NCBI GenBank assembly: GCA_963753975.1
Contig: CAVWEH010000005.1
Location: forward strand, 1 to 64,000
Source of the DNA: an uncultured delta proteobacterium
Lineage (GTDB): Bacteria; Desulfobacterota; Syntrophia; Syntrophales; Smithellaceae
Direction of reading: 5' to 3'
Length of the DNA: 64,000 nt
Position 1 is the stretch's first letter, and each line of letters opens with the position of its first letter. Below, in pieces: positions 57,477-64,000 of this stretch. The notes below the pieces were generated by a model. It saw only the letters and a list, made by a program, of their open reading frames with translations, was not told the DNA's origin and searched no databases. Both the position numbers and the translations under genes were made by a program.

Positions 57477-57609
57477 AAAAATATGGTCTAAAGCCTTAGC
57501 TTTTTATTTTTAAGAAAATGTATGAACTGGATTATGTGGCATCTAAATAGCTTTACCGACAGAACAAAATATTTTTCCGTCACTAACATGATAAAAAGAG
57601 AGGGTGTAT

Positions 57610-58371
57610 ATGAAAGTCTTTCTAAGTTGGTCAGGAGACAGGAGCTTTGAGTTTGCGTCAATTCTTAGTGATTGGATACCGAAAGTAATCCAAGCATGCA
57701 AACCATGGCTTTCAGCAAAAGACATTGATAAAGGTGCAAAGTGGTTCCCTGAAATATCGAAAGAGTTACAAGAATCGAAAGCCGGTATAATATGTTTAAC
57801 TAGTGACAACTTGGATTCTCCGTGGATTCTTTTTGAATCAGGTGCTATTTCAAAAACGGTAGAAAAATCTTTTGTTTGTCCATATCTCTTAGACATCAAA
57901 CCAACAGACATAAAAGGTCCATTATCCCAATTTCAGTCTACGAAAGCCGAGAAAAATGACACCCTTCTTCTAATAAAAACTATCAACAAAATTCTTGGAT
58001 CAGATGCTCTACAAGAAAAACAATTGGAGTCTATTTTTTCAAAATGGTGGCCGGATTTAGAAGCAGATCTTAAGAAAATTCTACCAATAAAAAGCGGCAA
58101 GAAAGAGCAAAGATCTGATAGAGAACTATTGGAGGAGATTCTCGAGGTTGTGCGTTCACTTATTCGTTCTGATTCTGCACAAAATATCTACTCATCAGTT
58201 CTGGCATCATTACTAACGGAGGCATCAGCATCAAGTAATGCAACTCCAGCGACATCAATAAGTAATTATTTAAAAGAATATGTGGACCAATCATCAAAGT
58301 CAAGAGGAGTGGGACTAAGAAATGCCAAATCATTCTTAGATAGCAAAAAAAATGATCCAGGGAATAAATAA
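57610..58371 (+). CDS. TIR-domain protein
   Basis: KVFLSWSG, DIDKG, ICLT..N..SPWILFESGA with putative catalytic Glu. Confidence 0.88.
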   Translation: MKVFLSWSGDRSFEFASILSDWIPKVIQACKPWLSAKDIDKGAKWFPEISKELQESKAGIICLTSDNLDSPWILFESGAISKTVEKSFVCPYLLDIKPTDIKGPLSQFQSTKAEKNDTLLLIKTINKILGSDALQEKQLESIFSKWWPDLEADLKKILPIKSGKKEQRSDRELLEEILEVVRSLIRSDSAQNIYSSVLASLLTEASASSNATPATSISNYLKEYVDQSSKSRGVGLRNAKSFLDSKKNDPGNK

Positions 58372-58448
58372 AAATAGAGAATGTATTAAGGCCAGGTCTT
58401 GGGATATAAGATTTGGTCATGATCGAAAAGTGAGGTGAGCCACTGTCC

Positions 58449-59446
58449 ATGAAGACCGAACAATAAGACCGGAAGCCATTCTGAAACTCAGCCGACAGTT
58501 CATGGAAAGCCGAATTCTTCTTTCCGCGGCCGAGTTAAATATCTTTTCTCTCCTTGACGGAACGCCGTCAACCGCCGAAGACCTGGCAGGCCGACTGCAT
58601 GCGGACTTGCGGGGACTAACAGTCCTCCTCAATGCACTCACGTCGATGGGCTTGCTCATCAAAAAGGACAACACTTATAAACTCGCCGCCGATTCTGCAC
58701 AGTTCCTCTCCGATAAGAGTTCCCGGTCTCTCCTGCCGATGATCCATCATGCGGCTCACCTCTGGGAGAGCTGGTCCGACCTTACAGCCATTGTTAACGG
58801 ACCGGGATCAGCCGTAACCGCATCATCTTCAGCCCGTGACGCCGATGAACTGCGCTCCTTCATCGGAGCAATGCATGTGGTCGGGATGCCTATGGCGCAA
58901 CAAATTGTGGCGGCTATCCGGCCCGGCAAGGCGAGGAACCTGATCGATGTGGGCGGCGCCTCCGGCACCTACACCATCGCTTTTCTTCAAGCTGTTCCAA
59001 AAATGAAAGCTACGCTCTTCGACAGGCCGGCGGTAATAGAAATAGCACGCGAGCGCGTACTTGAAGCGGGGATGTTCGACCGGGTTCGTCTTGTAGCCGG
59101 AGATTTTTATAAAGATAAACTGCCCGGCGGGCATGATCTGGCGTTACTTTCCGCCATCATCCATCAGAGCAGCCCCGCTCAAAATGTCGAACTGTTCCGG
59201 AAGGTGCTGCGCGCCATCGTTTCCGGCGGGCGGATTATCATCCGCGATCATGTCATGGAATCCAGCCGCACCAAGCCCAAAGAAGGTGCTATCTTCGCCG
59301 TCAACATGCTCGTGAACACAAAAGGGGGCTCTACCTACACCTTCGATGAAATCCGCGATTGGCTCGAGAAGGCAGGCTTCGTGAAAATTCGCCTTCTCAA
59401 AACAGGTAAACACATGGATGCGTTGGTCGAAGCCTTCAAGCGTTAA
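58449..59446 (+). pseudogene. Class II O-methyltransferase with apparent 5' frameshift (long ORF 58502-59446)
   Basis: DVGGASG, FDRP, GDF motifs; RBS-preceded ATG at 58449 reads MKTEQ* while the neighbouring frame reads IRPEAILKLSRQFMESR. Confidence 0.7.
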
Positions 59447-59535
59447 TCGGCATATAGAGGCAAGTCTTGAAATATAATGATTTGGTCATGATCGAAAACT
59501 AAGGTAAACTTGTAAGGCCTTATTAAGGTAAAGAA

Positions 59536-60033
59536 ATGTTAAAATATTGTTTCCCGGTGATAATTATTATCTTCTTTTTGCAAGGCATTGCCATTGCCGA
59601 TTATTACAAATGGGAAGATGAAAATGGTGGAGTTCATATTACGGATTATCCGCCGCCGGCTAAATCAGTTAAAAATGTTCAAGTTCATAAATATGAATCT
59701 GAATCAAGCAATGATCCCGCACCGGCAGAAAAAAAACAACAAGATGCATCTAAGAAAACTCCAGCTAATGAACAAAAGATAGAACAGAGGAAAAATTACG
59801 ATGTCGTCTTATACACTACAAGTTGGTGCCCCTGGTGCAAAAAGGCGCGTGATTTTTTTACATCCCGGAATATTTATTTCACTGATTATGACATTGAAAA
59901 AGATAAGGAAGCCGCTCAAAGGAAAAAACAACTGGATAGCAAGGATGGTGTTCCCTTTGCCATCATTAACGGACAATCGATACATGGATATAATCCGGTT
60001 GAATACGAAAACGCACTCCAAAAAAGCAGGTAG
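59536..60033 (+). CDS. Secreted DUF4124 + glutaredoxin-like protein
   Basis: YKWEDENGGVHITDYPP; YTTSWCPWC; GVP. Confidence 0.88.
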   Translation: MLKYCFPVIIIIFFLQGIAIADYYKWEDENGGVHITDYPPPAKSVKNVQVHKYESESSNDPAPAEKKQQDASKKTPANEQKIEQRKNYDVVLYTTSWCPWCKKARDFFTSRNIYFTDYDIEKDKEAAQRKKQLDSKDGVPFAIINGQSIHGYNPVEYENALQKSR

Positions 60034-60159
60034 CACAACCGTTCCATTAATTACACTTGGCCACCCCTACATTTATTTAAAAATCATTGATTCTGTTATT
60101 ATTTCAGCATATATAATAAAAACTGTTCAGTGGATAACTTCAAAAAGAGGGATACTAAG

Positions 60160-60696
60160 ATGAAAAGCAAAGGAATATGTTTGATTACAGTGATTGTTAT
60201 AATGATTATTTCTTTTTTATTTTCGGTCTATTCTTTTTCTTATCAAAATGAGCCTGATGGTTTTCGGGGAATTAAATGGGGAAGCAATATAAAAAACTTA
60301 CGAGGCTTGAAGTTAGTCGAAAATCATAAAGATGAAAAATATTATATCCGCAAGGCCGATAAATTAAAAATTGGAGGAGCAGCATTAAAAAGCATTGCCT
60401 ATGGTTTTCATAAAGATAGATTTTATTTTGTATATATCAGGTTTAAGTCAATTATTAATTTTTCCAGCATAAAAGAAACACTCTTTGAACAATACGGGGC
60501 AGGCGTTCAAGATAATAAATCCAAAGAAGAATACGTTTGGCTTGGCGGGGATGTCGATATATCTTTGCAATATAATGATATATCCCAAAAGGGTAAAATA
60601 TATTATTTCTTTAAGCCGATATCGCCAGAAGAAGATAGATATAAATATGAAGACAAAGATAAAAATGAGAAATCAAAAGAAGAAACCGGTGCTTGA
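60160..60696 (+). CDS. Secreted hypothetical protein
   Basis: Signal peptide, then NEPDGFRGIKWG; GAGG RBS. Confidence 0.75.
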   Translation: MKSKGICLITVIVIMIISFLFSVYSFSYQNEPDGFRGIKWGSNIKNLRGLKLVENHKDEKYYIRKADKLKIGGAALKSIAYGFHKDRFYFVYIRFKSIINFSSIKETLFEQYGAGVQDNKSKEEYVWLGGDVDISLQYNDISQKGKIYYFFKPISPEEDRYKYEDKDKNEKSKEETGA

Positions 60697-60847
60697 TAAA
60701 ATTTGATCGCTGGCGAAAATTGAGACGAGATCAAATTCATTCTTGCAGAGGGCACCAGGATCACATTTGGATCTGCCGAACCCGTATTGTAATCTTTCTA
60801 CCAATAACCATCAGTACAACACCTCACATTTTATGGTCAATATTTAA

Positions 60848-60877
60848 TTGACATACAATGAACGTTTCCCCTATACT
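60848..60877 (+). promoter_or_regulatory. Sigma70 promoter of the kinase gene
   Basis: TTGACA-18-TATACT. Confidence 0.6.
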
Positions 60878-60964
60878 ATCTTGCCGGAAAAAAAGTTCTT
60901 ATTGATTCAATTTATCAATGCAAATTTAACCGTAAGTAGCTGTGGTTAACCGGTGATAATATCT

Positions 60965-63900
60965 ATGGCCGTAAAATCCAAAAAAGATCGCATTGCCGCA
61001 ATGATTGCTTCCCTCAAGCGAGCAGCAGCAGGAGATTATTCAAAGATAATCGATATCTCAGGGAAACATGATGAGCTCGATTCCCTTGCCGACGCAATAA
61101 ATAATGTGCTCAAAAAAACTGACAAGCTTCTTTCCGGTCAGAAACAAACCAAAGCAAAATTGAAAACAAGCGAGAAGAGTTACAAAAATATCCTCGACAG
61201 CATGGAGGAATCTTATTTTGAGGTGGATTTGAAAGGGAATCTGGTGTTTCACAATGCTACAGTGCTCAGGCATCTTGGCTATACTTCCCGCGAGATCAAT
61301 AACATAAACTTCCGGCAGCTTGTCGATGACGAGAATGCGAAAAAAGTCTTTGCAGTATTTAACAACGTCTTTCGCACCGGAGAGGCAGTTAAAGGCTTCG
61401 ATTGGGAAATTCTCCGGCGGGATGGGGGAAAAATTGATGTCGAATCGTCAGTTACCCTGAAAAGAGATGAAAAAGGCAAACCGGTCGGTTTCCGGGGCGT
61501 TGTGCACGATGTTACGAAACGCAAGCAGACTGAAGAAGAATTGAAGCGGAGCGAGGAGAGATACCGCACTATTCTGGACATCATGGGCGATGCTTATTAT
61601 GAAACGGACTTGAAAGGCACATACACGTTTGTTAACGATACCGCCTGCAAGCTTTTTGGTTATCGGCAGAATGAACTAATCGGCATGAGTTACCGCGATA
61701 TTCTTACGCCGCAGATCGCCCGTTATATGAAGGAAGTTTACAGCAGAATTTACCTTAGTGGCAAGCCAGAACTGCTGATTGATTATGAAATTATCGACAA
61801 AGATGGAACCGTTAGAATCCACCAGATGAGTGCCACTTTGATGAGGGATGCTGTAGGAAAGCCAAATGGATTTCGTGCTTTGGCCTGGGATGTTACTGAA
61901 CACAAAAAAGCCGAGGCCGCCCTGCGCATAAGCGAGGAGAAATACCGCAATATTCTGGAAAACATGGAAGAGACCTATCTGGAATCGGATCTGAAAGGGA
62001 ATTTTGTTTTCTTCAATGACGCTTTATGCCGTATGCTGGGTTACTCCCGCGCCGAGCTTACCAATATGAACTACCGTAATTGCATTGCGCCCGAAACAAT
62101 TCCGAACATATTTCAGATATTCAATGAAATTTATCGCACCGATAAACCGAAAACAATTATCATTCATGAATTAATTGCCAAAGACGGTTCAAAAAGAATC
62201 GTGGAGGCGTCCGTCTCGCTACGCCGTGATCAGTCGAGCCAACCCGCCGGTTTCCGCGGTGTCGCCAGAGACGTGACGGAAAAGATCAAAGCGGAATTTG
62301 CCCTTAAAGAAAGCGAGAAACGCTACCGGATGATTGTGGAGAATGTCCATGATGTGGTTTTTACGGTCGATTTCAATTTCCAGTTTACCTTCATCAGTAC
62401 TCACCGTTCACTATTAACGGGTTACACGCCGGAAGAAATCAGAAAAATTCCCGTTGACAGACTAGTGACTGCTCAATCTCTGGAGTTTGTAACCAATGTA
62501 TTTGCCGAGGTAATGGAATTGCAGAAAAACAGGCAACCTACCCAAGAGTACGGATCGAGAACGCTCGAAGTGGAAGCATATCATAAAAACGGCGGCACCG
62601 TCTGGCTGGAAATTACCGCAACATTCGGCAGCGACGCGCATGGTAAACCACAGGAGATCATAGCAGTTGCTCGAAATATTACAGCACGCAAAAAGATAGA
62701 ACTGGCCCTCGAGGAGAGCGAGAAACGCTACCGCATGATTGTCGAAAACATACATGAGGTCGTCTTGACGACCGATCTCAATTTGCGCCAGATCTATGTC
62801 AGCCCGTCCTGCGTATGGCTTATAGGCTACAATCAGGAAGAGTTTATGCGTTTAGCTATTGATAAGCTCTTGACGCCGGATTCTTTTACACTGGCGCAAA
62901 ATACATTGGCGGAAGAATTGACCAGCGAGTTCAGCGGTGAACCCATTGACCCGTATCGATCAAGAACCCTTGAAGTGGAATTATATCATAAAAATGGTGG
63001 CATAGTCTGGCTGGAAATCACGGCCACTTTTATCCGCGATGAAAACGGCAAACCCATCGGACTGCTAATAGCCGGCAGGGACATTAATGCGCGGAAAAAG
63101 ACCGAGGAGGAAAAGGCAAAACTTGAACAGCAGCTATTACAGGCTCAGAAGATGGAATCGGTAGGAAGGCTGGCCGGCGGAGTTGCACATGATTTCAATA
63201 ATATGCTTAACGTCATTCTGGGGTATGTGGAATTATCCAAGCTGAAACTGACGCCGGGTGATCCGGTATTGAAGGATATTGAAGAGATCGAAAAAGCGGC
63301 CGGCCGTTCCAGAGATATCACTTCCCAACTTTTGGCATTTTCCAGGAAACAGATCGTTTCGCCCAAAATAATAAATCTGAATGAACTGATATTAAGCATA
63401 CAAAAAACCCTTGCCCGAGTTATCGGTGAGGACGTTCATCTGAGTTTTTATCCTCAAGAAAACACTCTGGCAGATAAAGTTTGATCCGACGCACATCGAG
63501 CAGATTCTCTTCAACCTTGCGGCCAACGCCCGTGATGCCATGCCCGGAGGGGGAAAACTGACCATAGAAACGCAGAATGTCCGTCTGGACGAAGCTTTTT
63601 GCCGGGATCATTTGGGCTTTCTGCCCGGAGATTATGTTGTCTTAACTGTGAGTGATAATGGATCAGGAATTGATAAGGAGAATTTACAATATGTCTTTGA
63701 GCCGTTTTTCACGACCAAAGATGTGGGTAAGGGTACCGGACTGGGATTGGCGATGGTCTACGGCATTGTCAAACAGAATGGCGGATTCATCAATGTTTAC
63801 AGTGAACCGGGGCAAGGGACAACTTTTAAGATCTATATGACGCGAAGTCTGGAAATAGATGCCACTGTAGAAGAAACTAAAGAAGAGTCGGCAGTCTTCA

Positions 63901-64000
63901 GTCCCGCCACGATTCTTCTGGTAGAAGATGATGATATGGTACGTGGCCTGATTGCTCAGATGCTGAAAGCAATCGGCTACGGCGTAATGGCCGCGGCAAC
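60965..64000 (+). pseudogene. Hybrid histidine kinase (HAMP-like, 5 PAS, HisKA, HATPase, REC) with frameshift near 63460; runs off the window
   Basis: AHDFNN H-box in the first frame; the +1 frame from 63465 reads [53 protein letters not shown]. Confidence 0.85.

Noticed and set aside
54966..60696. Integron cassette array
   Set aside because: No RYYYAAC..GTTRRRY attC hairpins found by eye and no integrase

Overview
Chromosomal window from an anaerobic, selenocysteine-using bacterium. Gene content suggests a Syntrophaceae/Smithella-like deltaproteobacterium (inference, not verified). Main contents in order: homospermidine synthase, a PilZ protein and tRNA-Arg(CCT); a ~22 kb minus-strand type II PKS/FAS cluster of aryl-polyene/flexirubin style (MIO ammonia-lyase, CoA ligase, two KS/chain-length-factor pairs, ACP, two B12-binding radical SAMs, a DAK2-DegV fusion, GT2, an MMPL-methyltransferase fusion, acyltransferase, BtrH-like protein, ABC exporter); a TRAP transporter; mobB and thrC; selD with an in-frame UGA and SECIS-like hairpin, missed by the ORF track; ddl and an extended alr flanking an AT-rich islet with a putative restriction nuclease; SRAP, truA, NlpC/P60, pyruvoyl arginine decarboxylase, GIY-YIG; pntAB; MerR with an acyl-CoA synthetase; a run of accessory genes bounded by direct repeats (includes a TIR protein); and a frameshifted multi-PAS hybrid kinase. 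The strongest unexplained signal is a dispersed intergenic family of 54-nt hairpin units (8 copies at 5 loci). Their sequences diverge but their pairing covaries, with tandem GA pairs and NNA mini-hairpins. They are built into mosaics with shared hairpin modules and are linked to a second repeat family that brackets the SRAP gene.
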